Part shown: in pieces, positions 1-11,024 of the stretch | Position numbering within the stretch: the first letter of the stretch is position 1 | Layout: every line of letters starts with the position of its first letter | Origin: Chara braunii | Taxonomy: Eukaryota > Plantae > Charophyceae | Direction: 5' to 3' | NCBI GenBank assembly: GCA_003427395.1 | Contig: BFEA01000032.1 | Coordinates: forward strand, 2,233,931 to 2,297,930 | Length of the DNA: 64,000 nt | The notes under the pieces: generated by a model | Database searches by the model: none | What the model saw: only the letters and a program-made list of their open reading frames with translations | Told to the model about the DNA's origin: nothing | Program-made: the position numbers and the translations under genes

Positions 1-672
1 CTTCTGGTAGAACGTGGAATAATACGCCGCCATGTGTTTTGTCTTTTGTACATGTGGTGAGTAGACCCTTATGGCCACTGCACGTATTCCTAAGAAAATG
101 AAAATGAGAAAAAAGAGAACTACTGACCCATAACCATGATGCACAGACCTGAATTCGAATCCAGACTACATATTCTCGTCCCACCCACACAAACTGGAAG
201 TCTAAAGTCTCTCTGCTCCACATGGGGTCCTCGCTAATTTGCTGTAGGGGCCCTTCGGAAAAGAGACTGGACACCATTAGGACATGCACATCCCCATGAA
301 CAGACATGTGCCCAGAGTTTTGGGGTATGGCACGACCCCGACTGTTTTCCCTCTTGCTTTCTGATTTTTAGAAGTGAGGGGCATGTTTGGCCACCCCAAC
401 CTGTCCTTTCATTTTTTTTTTTTTTTTTGTGTGATGCGCCGCATCCCGTGCATGCACGTGCACTCTGCGCCGCATGTTCTGCAACCCCACGCACAGGATG
501 CGCCGCACCGTGTATTCCCCCGATTTTCAGTTCGTATATGCGCGTGCGAGAGGGAGAGAGAGCGAAGGGTCGGGTGCGGGTTCAGGCAAAGTTGGAGGGG
601 CAGGAGGGTAGATACGTGCCACATGGTGTGATCTTTTTTTTTTTTTTTTTCCCTCCCGTTCTTTTTGTGTAC

Positions 673-734
<62 letters not shown>

Positions 735-836
735 CGCAAGGGTAAGGAGAAGTAGGGTGGTGCGGATTATAAAGATGCCCTTTATGGGTTGATCTCTTCT
801 TTTGCTTTTTTTTCCGGTTCTCTGGGTGCGTTTGTT

Positions 837-911
<75 letters not shown>

Positions 912-912
912 G
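673..912. repeat. Compound (GT)n(GA)n microsatellites, two blocks
   Basis: Direct inspection. Confidence 0.9.
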
Positions 913-1354
913 TTTGCATCCACAATGAATGAATCATGTGGCATATTTGTTTTTGCGAGCGGTCATCTAATCTTCATAATAGAGTGAAGGCAGGCTCACG
1001 TTAAGAGTGTTTGAACTGAAGGCACCATGATGCAAAGAGTGTTTGAACTGAAGGCACCATGATGCTGATCAGATACATTCTACTGTGCATGTGCGCTGAA
1101 GAGTTCCACTGGTTGTCAGACTGTCACCACTACAGTGTAGCTGTGGCAATCCCCACAGAGATGTACCCTGTGCTTTGCTGTTTGTTCGGCATTGAGGCTG
1201 ATGAGATGGGGTAACACATGAATGCATGCCCGTAAGGCAGGGGATCATTGACCGAGGTCTGCTTCTCTGTCGTCGGATAGAGTAGTGTGTCACGCAATGA
1301 CACACATTTGATTCTAGTGAACTGACTCTGTTTTGTGGATTGGTTTCTGGGCAG

Positions 1355-1530
1355 GGTGGTGGCCTTCCCGTTGCTGCGGCGGGACAAGCTGGTGGGTTAT
1401 CTGCTCTTCGAGGTGTTCCTGGAGCTGCTGCGTCGGCGTTGACCCCTTACGAACAGCAGCTGGTTTCGCAGCACCAACAGTATCAACAGTCACAGCTCAG
1501 GTTAGGGGTACATCAGCAGCAGCAAAGGCA

Positions 1531-1629
<99 letters not shown>

Positions 1630-1936
1630 GAGCTCCCCAGTACAGCAGGCTCATTCAAACATGATGGTCAAGGAGGCTGGACAGAAGCAACAACCACCTG
1701 CGATGCAGCCCGCTGCGGATCCATTTGGTCTGCTTGGTCTTTTAAGTGTTATCCGAATGACAGATCCAGACTTAACAACGTTGGCATTAGGAACAGACTT
1801 GACTACGTTGGGGCTGAACCTTAATTCCAGAGAACAGTTGTATAAGACGTTTGCCTCACCATGGGCAGATGGGCCATTAAGGGAGCCTGAGTTTACTCTT
1901 CCAGCATGTTATGTGCAACCTGCCCCAAGGCTTCAG
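1355..1936 (+). CDS. NOT2: CCR4-NOT subunit NOT2 (CNOT2/VIP2-like), internal exon; upstream exons not identified in window
   Basis: Encodes DPFGLLGLLSVIRMTDPDLTTLALGTDLTTLGLNLNS..LYKTFASPW, the conserved pre-NOT-box motif of NOT2. Acceptor gcAG at 1353-54 with ctgac branch-like motif ~30 nt upstream; donor CAG|GTGAGT at 1937; phase 0. Confidence 0.92.
1529..1630 (+). repeat. Coding polyglutamine tract (CAG)8(CAA)10(CAG)7(CAA)2(CAG)7 = Q34
   Basis: Read directly from the sequence, in frame in the NOT2 exon. Confidence 0.95.
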
Positions 1937-2429
1937 GTGAGTTCTTCCTGATATGCTGAACAGAATGGGTCCAGGTTCTGCTGATGTCCAAATTAGCCTA
2001 CGATAACCTTGCAGACAGCGCACTCTTATGATCCCTCTTAACCCACTTTTTTTGTTTTTGTTTTTTAACTTTAACAGCTAAATGGAATTTGAGAGAGAGA
2101 GAGGTCAACTGTTGCAGGTAAAAGTTAATTGCACCTGCGGGAATAGTGGCTGAGTCAATGCAAAGTCGATGGTAATTATCTTTTTTGGTTTGGAACGAGT
2201 TCAGGGGATGCAGAGGCGGGCAGCACACACTTCAATCGTTGACCGAAGCACCTTCCTCCCCAATCTGTCCTCCTGCAATATCTAAGCTGTGTTCTCCCAC
2301 CTCAGATGCGCTTGATGCCACATTCCTCGTCTCGTCCCTCCCACCTGCCACATCTTTCCCGAAGTCAAATATAATAATGGATGGATAGGGAAAATGTAGG
2401 AAAGGTTATAAGGAGAACAGCTGTTAGCA

Positions 2430-2700
2430 CAAGTCCCTTGCCTCTGCCTCTGCCTATGTGCATAGAGGGGAACAAGTTTAGAGGGCATTCCGCACCTGCC
2501 CATCCTTGTCCCTGCCCAATGCCAGCTTGCTTTTGTGCAATTCCCCTTGTAGTGCAACTCGAGGGATTACATTGAGGGGCCTTTTCGATGCAAGGTTAGA
2601 GAGCATTCCCTATGTGTCCATCCTTGTCCCTACCCAATGCCAGCTTACTTTTGTGCAAGTACCCTATTAGTGCAATTAGAGGGGTCACATTGAGGGGTCT
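2430..2700 (+). repeat. Diverged direct tandem duplication, ~115-bp unit
   Basis: gcattcc..ccatccttgtccct.cccaatgccagctt.cttttgtgcaa..acattgagggg occurs twice. Confidence 0.75.
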
Positions 2701-3116
2701 TGCGGTTGCCTGCGGGCTGCCAATGCCCTTTTGTTGGGTTTGGGTGGGTGGAACTGTGGTCCCCTCTATGGTTGCTTGTGTTCTCTTGTCTCTGTGCCCT
2801 TGCCCCGTCAGAGAGTTACCAGTGGAGCAATGGAATATGGATCCTGTCTACCTTCCAGATAAGCCAAGTGTCTTTTGTGGAACTTGTAATTTACGGCAAA
2901 AGGTGGTTGGGGACATCGTGCAAGCTTCCAATTTCATTTTCCTGTTTGGTCTATATTGTCATGGAGTACAGTGTTGGCTGCAGTGTATGTAACCTTGCAT
3001 CTTTTTGTGCACTTGCTGTTTCATTTGGCATCAGTCAAACTGGAACATCGTTCTGGTGGCATTTGCTGATTGCATCTTGTGGATGGTGGTGTTTGATAAT
3101 GTACGCGTACTTGCAG

Positions 3117-3169
3117 CCTGGATATTTTATGAAGTTTCAGCAGGAAACGCTCTTTTACATCTTCTACAG
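3117..3169 (+). CDS. NOT2: NOT2 exon (PGYFMKFQQETLFYIFYS)
   Basis: ttgcAG acceptor and AG|GTACGT donor; encodes the NOT-box ETLFYIFY motif; ends in phase 2. Confidence 0.93.
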
Positions 3170-3292
3170 GTACGTGTTGCTGTCATTCATTATGACGGAA
3201 GAATGTGATGTCTCAAGTGCAAATAAGTTCAGAAAATGTTAACTGTAATCCCAAACATCCATGGTCTGGCATCTTGCCTGCAGCTGACTAGC

Positions 3293-3474
3293 TTAAACCA
3301 TCGGTTCACGCAAACCTAAGTGGACAAAGCTGCCTTCCAAGGCCCGCTAGCCTGCAAGTGCGCCTCTTTGAAGTGGCCTGCCGCTTTTGCCACCAGCCAA
3401 GGCCGGAATCGAAATGCTCTCGCCACGTATACAGGTAAGAGCACTTCTTAGGGTTGTGTGAACTGGTGGTTCAA
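3293..3474. mobile_element. TTAA-flanked MITE with ACCA...TGGT termini, copy 1
   Basis: ttaa-accatcggttcacgcaaacctaag ... cttagggttgtgtgaactggtggt-tcaa; ~24-bp imperfect TIR. Confidence 0.65.
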
Positions 3475-3750
3475 CCCATGGCAAACGGGAAAAGATAAAT
3501 GCTTATTGACTGTGTGAAAGAAACACATAGCACAATACTTTTCTACTGGGCACTGGTGGTTTAACCTCTCGGCAAATGGGAAAAGATAAATGCTTATGGA
3601 CTGTGCGAAAGAAACACATAGAACAGGACTTTTCAACTGGGCAAGCTAGGGAAATATGAATGACTGTTGAATGCACGCAACACATAGAACAGGGCTTTTC
3701 TACTGGGCAAGCTAGGGAAATATGAACGACTGTTGAATGCACGAACACTG
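3475..3750 (+). repeat. Short tandem repeats (~90-bp and ~68-bp units) sharing aacacatagaacagg..ttttc.actgggca
   Basis: Direct inspection. Confidence 0.7.
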
Positions 3751-4939
3751 TTGTTAGCGAGATGGACGTGGATGGAGGAATGGATAGAGGTAGGGAAACA
3801 AAAAAGGAAGAGAGAGAGAGAGAGAGAGGAACAAAAGAGGTGAGCTCTTTGTCCACCTCTTTCTTTCTCTACTCTTTGCTTCCTTCTTGTCTGGTATCGC
3901 TTATCATTCTCTCGTATCTCTTCTCCTATCTTTTTCCCTCTTATCATCTCTTCTTTTACGTTTGTCCTGCTTCTTCGGTGAGGTGGAGGAAGGTTTGTTG
4001 TGTGGCAGTAGGCATGGGGGGAAGAGCCGGGGAAAGAATGTGGGGAAAAGTGGGGAAAGGAGGGTGGATAGAACCGTCGAAAGCATGAGTTGTTGGGGGG
4101 GGGAAGGAAATGGGGTGTGTTTCAAGCATTGCAATAGGAATGGGGGTGTAGAGGGTGGGCAGTGCCAAGCACCAGTTGGAACGTGCACGGGTTGTGAGGG
4201 GGGGTAAGGGAGTGTTGTTTAAAGCATCACAATAGGAGTGGGATGAGTAGGGGCTGAGCAGTGCTCAGCACGTGTGAGGCTGGGTTTACCTGTTGCCTCT
4301 GCAGTGTGCTGACCTCGCTGTCCTGCGTAGGCCTGTGTGATGACACATGCACACACACGTCCCTCTATTTGTTTCCTTATAGATTCACAAAACTTTCCTT
4401 TTTCTTATAGTGTACAGACACACATGCACACACACTTCTCAAGTAATTGTGTGCCGACACACATGCACACACACTTCCCTAGATTGAGAAAACTAAATAA
4501 TATCTGTGCAAGTGTACCGCTTTGGAGGAAGACGGGTGTGTGAGCACTTCCCGCTCAACGACACAAACATGGGTAACCTTGCATCTTCTATTATATTGCC
4601 CACCTATACTTTTTTTTGTTTTATGGAGGGTCTGTAATGGTTTGTGGATGGGATGAGAGAGAGTTTTTTTTTTTTTTTACAACAGACACACACTTGCACA
4701 CACGCACACACACTCGCGCTTGGAAACAGATGCACATTCACTCGCAAACACACTCGCTCAACCACTTGCACACACAAGAGAGAGTTTGTTTTTTTTGACA
4801 ACACACACACTTGCACACATGCACACACACACTTGGAAACAGATGAACATACTCTTGCAAACACACTCTCGCTCAACCACTTGCACGCGCATTAAAACTT
4901 TCAAACACACGCTTGCACACATGCAAGCGCTCGCGCGCG

Positions 4940-4980
<41 letters not shown>

Positions 4981-5484
4981 GTGCAGAGTGCAGAAATAGG
5001 AGCTCCCTGTGCAGTTGAGCCTTTTTCTGTGCTGCATCCAGTACTCTTTTTGGGAGTTATCCAGTGTACATACAGCCTCGTAGCCATGCCTTCGGTAAAT
5101 ATCATCATGGGATGGTCATTTGCTTGGGCTGCAACATTTGTGCTGCTGCTGCTGCTGCTGCTGTGTGTGTCTCTGTGTGTGTGTGGGGGGGGAGAGAGAG
5201 AGAGAGAGAGTTCTTTTGCTGTTAGGTGTAAAGGAACCTGCAGATGGAGTAAGAGAGGGAGGCAGAGAGAGAGTCAGATGGAGGGACGTACACGTTTTTC
5301 CCCGGTGTAAGGAATTCCTGCACATGGAGTACGAGAGCGAGGCAGCGATAGAGTCAGACGGAGGGAGACCGTACATGTTTTTCCCCTTCACAATGATATT
5401 GGCGAGGGAACAAGAGGGAGAGGCAAGGGGGGGAGTGTGTTTTTCCGTAAGAGGTTTAGCGTATCCCGCACATAGGCCGAGAGA

Positions 5485-5597
5485 GAGAGACGATGGTGTT
5501 TTTCTCATTCCGTGCAACACATTCCCTTGGCGGGGAGAGGGAGAGACGATGGTGTTTTTCTCATTCCGTGCAACACATTCCCTTGGCGGGGAGAGGC
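5485..5597 (+). repeat. 56-bp tandem duplication
   Basis: gagagacgatggtgtttttctcattccgtgcaacacattcccttggcggggagagg x2. Confidence 0.85.
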
Positions 5598-6791
5598 GGT
5601 TAATGGAGACCTCAATTTTCAGACTTCTCATGGCATTTATAACAAATCGCAAGGGCCATTTTAACCAAACTTGCCACCAATTCATCTAAGGGAGATCATA
5701 CTAACTACTTGCCAAAATAAAACAGCAAGGCAAAAGTGCACTCTCATGAAATTTTGCCAACATTCAAAATTCAGAAATCTTGAGAAATTTCAGAAATCTC
5801 ATCAGAGTGCAAATGATGCCAAATTTGGCACACAACAACCTTGAACCAAAACAAAAACAGGGAAAAAAAAAACCCATAACATTTGACCCCCAAGCCCTAA
5901 TTTCAGTTCTGAACAGTGCAATGGGGTGGTAGAGAAAGAGATGAGGGTTCAGTGGGTGAGGGGGAGGGAAGAGGGGAGCGAGACAGAGAGGTCCCATCTG
6001 CTTTTCTCTCGCATTTTGATTTTCGTGCGTGTGCGAACTTCTGAAGTGGCAACAGGTAATCTAGTTTTTTTCTTCTTCAGGAATGCTTGTTTGTCATCCA
6101 CCCAGCAAATGGGCCTACCACTGGGATTTGTGAATGGTGCTGACCTATTGATACAGTATATTTCACTGATTGTTGTGCCTGGGTCTGATTTGGTTACTAT
6201 CTGATGCATGGAGTCCCTGATCCCCTTGTTCTTCAGGGCCTGGTTCTGTTTTGAGGATGATAATGAGGGAAGTGCATCCATATTTTGCCGCCTTGGCATT
6301 AAGGCAGTTGTCTTTGTAAGAGAGTGGGTAATATCTTGATCCTCATGGCCATGGGAGAGAAGGCTGCGAAGGACGTAATGACAGGGTCATGATGATATGC
6401 TCCCTTCTCATTGTCTCTGGCTTCTGTGATGGCTTCATGTTGTATTGCTGTTTGATGATAGTTCTATCTGCCTATTGTCGCGGACTCATTCAGCTGCTAA
6501 CCTCTTAATTATTTAGGAGTCTACAATGACTCTACATTGTAGGCCAGTCTGGGGTGATGGCGGATCTCTTTACTTGTCTTTTGAGGTCGGTCAGGTATGA
6601 CAACCAGTCTCTTCACTAGTGCTGACCGACATTCAGATTGATTGTCTTGGTATATGTATATATATTTCTGTTTGACGACATATATGTATATATAAACAAG
6701 TTGAAAAATACAAGTATACATATTGGCTGTGTTGGTCTTGTTTCCTCGCCTCTTATGTTGTGGCAATGACGTTTGTTTGTTTCTCGTGCAG

Positions 6792-6833
6792 CATGCCTAA
6801 CGATGAAGCTCAGCTTTATGCTGCAGAAGAACT
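6792..6833 (+). CDS. NOT2: NOT2 exon (MPNDEAQLYAAEEL)
   Basis: tgcAG acceptor and CT|GTAAGT donor; AG+C gives Ser and keeps frame; matches NOT-box MP.D..Q..AA.EL. Not in the ORF track. Confidence 0.92.
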
Positions 6834-6882
6834 GTAAGTGCTGTCTGCTGTCAGCAGTCCTTTGTTCTGGAATGGACTTTTT

Positions 6883-6933
6883 TTTTTCCTCTTCTCTGTA
6901 TCGTTCCAATTTTAACAGATGTCCCGAAGGACG
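6883..6933 (-). pseudogene. U6: 3'-truncated U6 snRNA retrocopy (first ~43 nt plus A tail)
   Basis: Minus strand reads GTCCTTCGGGACATCTGTTAAAATTGGAACGATACAGAGAAGA-GG-An; flanked by direct repeat tggaatggacttttt at 6868-6882 and 6934-6948 (TSD). Confidence 0.85.
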
Positions 6934-7142
6934 TGGAATGGACTTTTTAAATTTGAGAAGTTTGTTAGTTTTTTTTACTGCGTGATGAAGTCCATGGGTG
7001 TTCTGCACGCTGCAATGGGTACTGAGCCATCAACAGAGCACAGGGTTCAGGTACACCTATTAATATAGCCAATATCAAGGATTTATACAGGCTGACCTAT
7101 TCATATAGTCAATGTCAATGGAGTATGTAGGGCTTCTTGAGT

Positions 7143-7272
7143 GTTTTTTTTTTCTTTTCTTTTCTTTTCTTAAATAATTGGACAATTTCTCGATTTATGC
7201 GTGTCATCCTTGCGCAGGGGCCATGTTAATCTCCTCTGTGTCGTTCCAATTTTAACGGATGTCCTGAAGGAT
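7143..7272 (-). pseudogene. U6: Full-length U6 snRNA retropseudogene with A-rich tail
   Basis: Minus strand matches plant U6 throughout (..GGCCCCTGCGCAAGGATGACACGCATAAATCGAGAAAT.GTCCAA), but ACAGAGA is ACAGAGG and the catalytic AGC is AAC. Tail (AAAAG)n/An; TSD ggcttcttgagt 7131-42 / ggcttctcgagt 7273-84. Confidence 0.92.
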
Positions 7273-7290
7273 GGCTTCTCGAGTTTCTAC

Positions 7291-8985
7291 CATACTTGTG
7301 GTGCATTTGTGTGCTGTGCCATGCGCACATGGCTGGTGCGCGCGCACTGCGCGCATGGCGCATAGGTGCGCTATATGCGCATGCACGCGCTACTCATGCG
7401 CCGTGCGCTGATGCGCGCGCACCTGCAGGCCATGCACTAGGGTGGTGCGCCAGATGTGCTGCATTTTTTTTTTAATTATTATTGGGTGCTTCCACCACCT
7501 GTTTGAACTTCGACTGATCAGAAAGGTTCCCTCTCTCTCTCTCTCTATCTATCTAGCAAACAATTTAAACGTTCTTAGAAATTTCAACAAACAAAAAATG
7601 GTGGTCAGCCGTCCCTCCTTGTCATCTCTCTCTCTCTCTTCATGTCGTCAATGAGCTGCTTCAGCAGAGCGGCCGCCACTGTCACCTGCATCACCGAGAA
7701 GGCCACAACAGCAAATGGTGGTCAGCCCCTGGAAGGAAAACCCTCTCCCCTCATCCAGATCCACCACTCTCTCCTGTAATCCCCCTCGGCTATGCAACAA
7801 TCCAGTGGGCATTAAAAAAAAAAAAAAAAAAAATGACGAGCAAATTAAACTGTGGAAACAACATTCCAAAAAGGAGTAGGGAAAAAAACTGCAAATGCCA
7901 AATTGAGATATGTAGTTTGGAACGCATGGCAACTAGGAGAGATGGAGCGAGAGAGAGGGAAGGAGGAGGAGGGACAGATGGATGAAGAAGAAGGGAGAAA
8001 GGAGGGAGAAAGTGAGGAGGGAGAGATAGAGGAAGAAGAAGGGAGGAAGGAGGGAGAAGGAAAGGGAGGAGGAAAGAGGGAGTAGCGAGTCGACATCTGG
8101 AGGGAGAAAGGGAGGAAGGAGGAAAGGAGGGAGAAAGGGAGAAAGGAGAGGTAGAGATAGATGACGAAAGAGGGGAGAGGAGGAGGGAGGAAGGAGGAGG
8201 GAGAGATGGACGAGGAAGAAGGGAGAGAGGAGGAAGTGGGAGGGAGAAAAGGAGGAAGAGTGGGCAGCGAGTCGAGTCAGTCGATGCGTGCACGATGGGA
8301 GGGGTGGAGGTGTCGCGCGAAGTGAAAGGCCCTGCCGCTAACGTAACAAGGGCAAAAAAAAAAAGGTGATTGGATAGTGAAGTGTTCGAAGGACAGATGG
8401 ATGGAGAGAGAGGGAGGAAGGAGGAGGGACAGATGGATGAATAAGAAGGGAGAAAGGTGGAGGGAGGAAGGGAGGAGATGGATGAAGAAGAAGGGAGGAA
8501 GAAAGAGGGAGAAAGGGAGGAGGAAGGAGGAGGGACAGATGGATGAATAAGAAGGGAGAAAGGTGGAGAGAGGAAGGGAGGAGATGGACGAAGAAGGGAG
8601 GAAGAAAGAGGGAGAAAAGGAGGAAAGAGGGAGCAGCGAGTCCAAATGTGGGAGAAAGGGAGGAGGAAAGAGGAGGGAGAAGTGAGGTCCTGCGTGGAGG
8701 AGGGAGAAAGTGAGGAAGGAGAGAGGTACAGATAGATGACGAAAGAGGGGAGAGGAGGAGGGAGAGATGGACGAGGAAGAAGGGAGGAAGGAGGGAGAAA
8801 GGAAGGAGGAAAGAGGGGGCAGCGAGTCGAGTCAGTTGACGCGTGGGAGGGGTGGAGGTGCCGTGCGGAGTGAAAGGCCCTGTCGCTAATGTAACAAGGG
8901 CAAAAAAAAAAAAAAAAGGTGATTGGATGGTGAAGTGTTCGAAGGACAGAGACAGGAGAAGGGAAGAGCGAATATGTATAGATAG

Positions 8986-9023
<38 letters not shown>

Positions 9024-9213
9024 GAGGGAGAAAGGGAGGAAGGAGGAGGGAGAAAGGAAGGAGGAAAGAGGGGGCAGCGAGTTGAGTCAGTCGACACGTG
9101 GAGGATGGGAAGGGTGGAGGTGCCGTGCGGAGTGAAAGGCCCTGTCGCTAACGTAACAAGGGCCAAAAAAAAAAAAGGATGGTGAAGTCTTTGAAGGACA
9201 GAGACAGGAGGAG

Positions 9214-9251
<38 letters not shown>

Positions 9252-9743
9252 CTGGTGGCAACCCACCTCAAGCGGCTCGGTGATTCCTCTTCGCTCCCGC
9301 TGCCTGCTGCAGCTGCCTCCTGCTGTGTGCTGCTGCCTCCCGCCGCCTCCTGTTTCTTGCTTGGGCTTGTGCTGCTGGTGACTGGCGGGCACAGCCGACG
9401 ACGAACGACGATGAAAATGGACCACACGACGGCCGCCAAGGAGACAAGGCACAACTGGCAGGTCGGTGAAGTGCCAGGGTGCCCAACGGGGGTGTGAGGG
9501 AGGCCTTAGTAGTTGGCCAGGTCTCCCCCCAAAATTTTTAGCGGGCCTCCTCGCGGCCCAAAAAAAAAAAATTCACGCCCACGGAGGCAATTTCCCCCAG
9601 TACCCCTCAGGGCCTCCCACGCCCGTCCCGAACTTCTTTTGTTTTTTCTCACGACCCCTGTTATGGCCGATGCGCCGCATGCCGTCCGTGCGCCGGCTGT
9701 GCTCTGCGCCGCGACGCGGCGCACGACATGTGCCGCAAGTATG
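7291..9743. mobile_element. Non-autonomous TIR DNA transposon (hAT- or P-like), 2.45 kb
   Basis: TIR catacttgtgg / ccgcaagtatg; perfect 8-bp TSD gtttctac (7283-90, 9744-51); TGCGC-rich subterminal arrays at both ends; purine-rich repetitive interior with no transposase. Confidence 0.85.
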
Positions 9744-10130
9744 GTTTCTACAAAGTTTTTAGAGTTTGATAAAAATGATTTGATTACTCGGTTCTTAGAT
9801 TTTCATCATTTTCTGTATAGAAGATTTTATAACTTTCTTTTTCTTTTTCTTTACAAAATGCTTCTATTATACAATTCTTATGAAGATGATCAAGAGGTTT
9901 ACAGAAAAGTAAAGAAAATGATGGTGCATGGAGTAGGGTTAGAGTGCAAATTTTACGTGTGTGCTATATTATACCAGACGACTGAGGACGACGATGGTGA
10001 CACATATCTTTGACTCCTTCGCACCTTGTCACACATTCGAGCGTTTTCCAGGTTGGTTGTGTATGATAGTAATTTCCCCCCTGCTTCTAGTCTCTGTCCG
10101 GAAATTTGTCTTTTCTTGAGTGGCAGTAAG

Positions 10131-11009
10131 TGTGAGGATTCGGCTCCTCGGCAGGCCTAGGCCCTAAGGGGCCCATTTTGCATGTGTGCCCGCCCTAAGT
10201 GAAGGCGGGCCCATTGTTGTCTATTTCGCATTTTCAGCAGTATGCACGACAGGCAGTTGGGAGGCGTAACCAAACGGGGCCCAGGGCAGTAGCAGCAGAG
10301 GCCCAGCTATGGAGGGCCTACCGGAAGCTTCTGGGCATTGGCCCAGCCCAGCCAGGCGGCACACCAGGCCAGACACCTTCCATATAGGAAAGTGCCTGCT
10401 GCCTGGCCAGGCATTGGGCCATTTGTGCGGCAGTGCTGCTTGAGCCTGCACTCGCGTGCTGTAGGCTGCGCTAGGCAAGGTGTTCGTGCACGTGTGGTCG
10501 TGTGAGTAGGGCACTGCTGAGGGCAGTGCCATAGCCCGTCTTCCATAGACGGCTGAGCTTAGGTGTACAGCAAGGTGTAGTGGTGGTGCTCGTGTAAGAG
10601 GAAGGAGACGTGGGTGAAAGACAAGAGAGAGAGAGAGAGAGAGAGAGAGGAGGAGGATGACGTGAGGGCACATACCTGGTCTTGGCGATAGTTTGCATGG
10701 GTCGACATCTTCATGTACTCTGGTTCTGCTGCTGACGTCAACAAGTGCATTGCCAATTCGGAGGTTGGAAGTAGCTACGTGATAGTAGTCTGGGAGTTGA
10801 GCGCCAAGTAGGGGAAGGACTCTGGACACTTATGTTGGTGATGGCGAGGCGAGAGTATGCTCTCATTGACACTTGGATTCAGTGTTCTGGTTCTTCATTG
10901 GTGTAATATCTGTGCATTTCTGCTTTCTGGACATTGCGAGACTTCTTGGCTTTCAATGCGATTTTGCAATCTGAAATCCGCCATCTCGCTATCGCTCATT
11001 TTCCTTGCA
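10131..11009 (+). repeat. 5' LTR (TGTGAGGA...TCCTTGCA)
   Basis: Colinear with 22081-23010; terminal inverted repeat; followed by PBS. Confidence 0.92.
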
Positions 11010-11012
11010 ATT

Positions 11013-11024
11013 TGGTATCGGAGC
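11013..11024 (+). promoter_or_regulatory. Primer binding site, tRNA-iMet type (TGGTATCGGAGC)
   Basis: 3 nt after the LTR end; one mismatch to TGGTATCAGAGC. Confidence 0.85.

Noticed and set aside
130-225. tRNA or tRNA-derived SINE (B-box-like ttcgaatcc)
   Set aside because: No cloverleaf, tail or TSD could be established.
2700-3242. 180-aa ORF
   Set aside because: Only 3117-3169 is NOT2 exon; the rest is intron read-through.
7172-7272. Functional U6 snRNA gene
   Set aside because: ACAGAGA and AGC motifs are mutated, an A-tail and TSD are present, and the upstream flank is a transposon rather than a Pol III promoter.
7790-9454. 554-aa minus-strand ORF
   Set aside because: S/P/L low-complexity translation of a CT-rich tract inside a non-autonomous TIR element; no domain.
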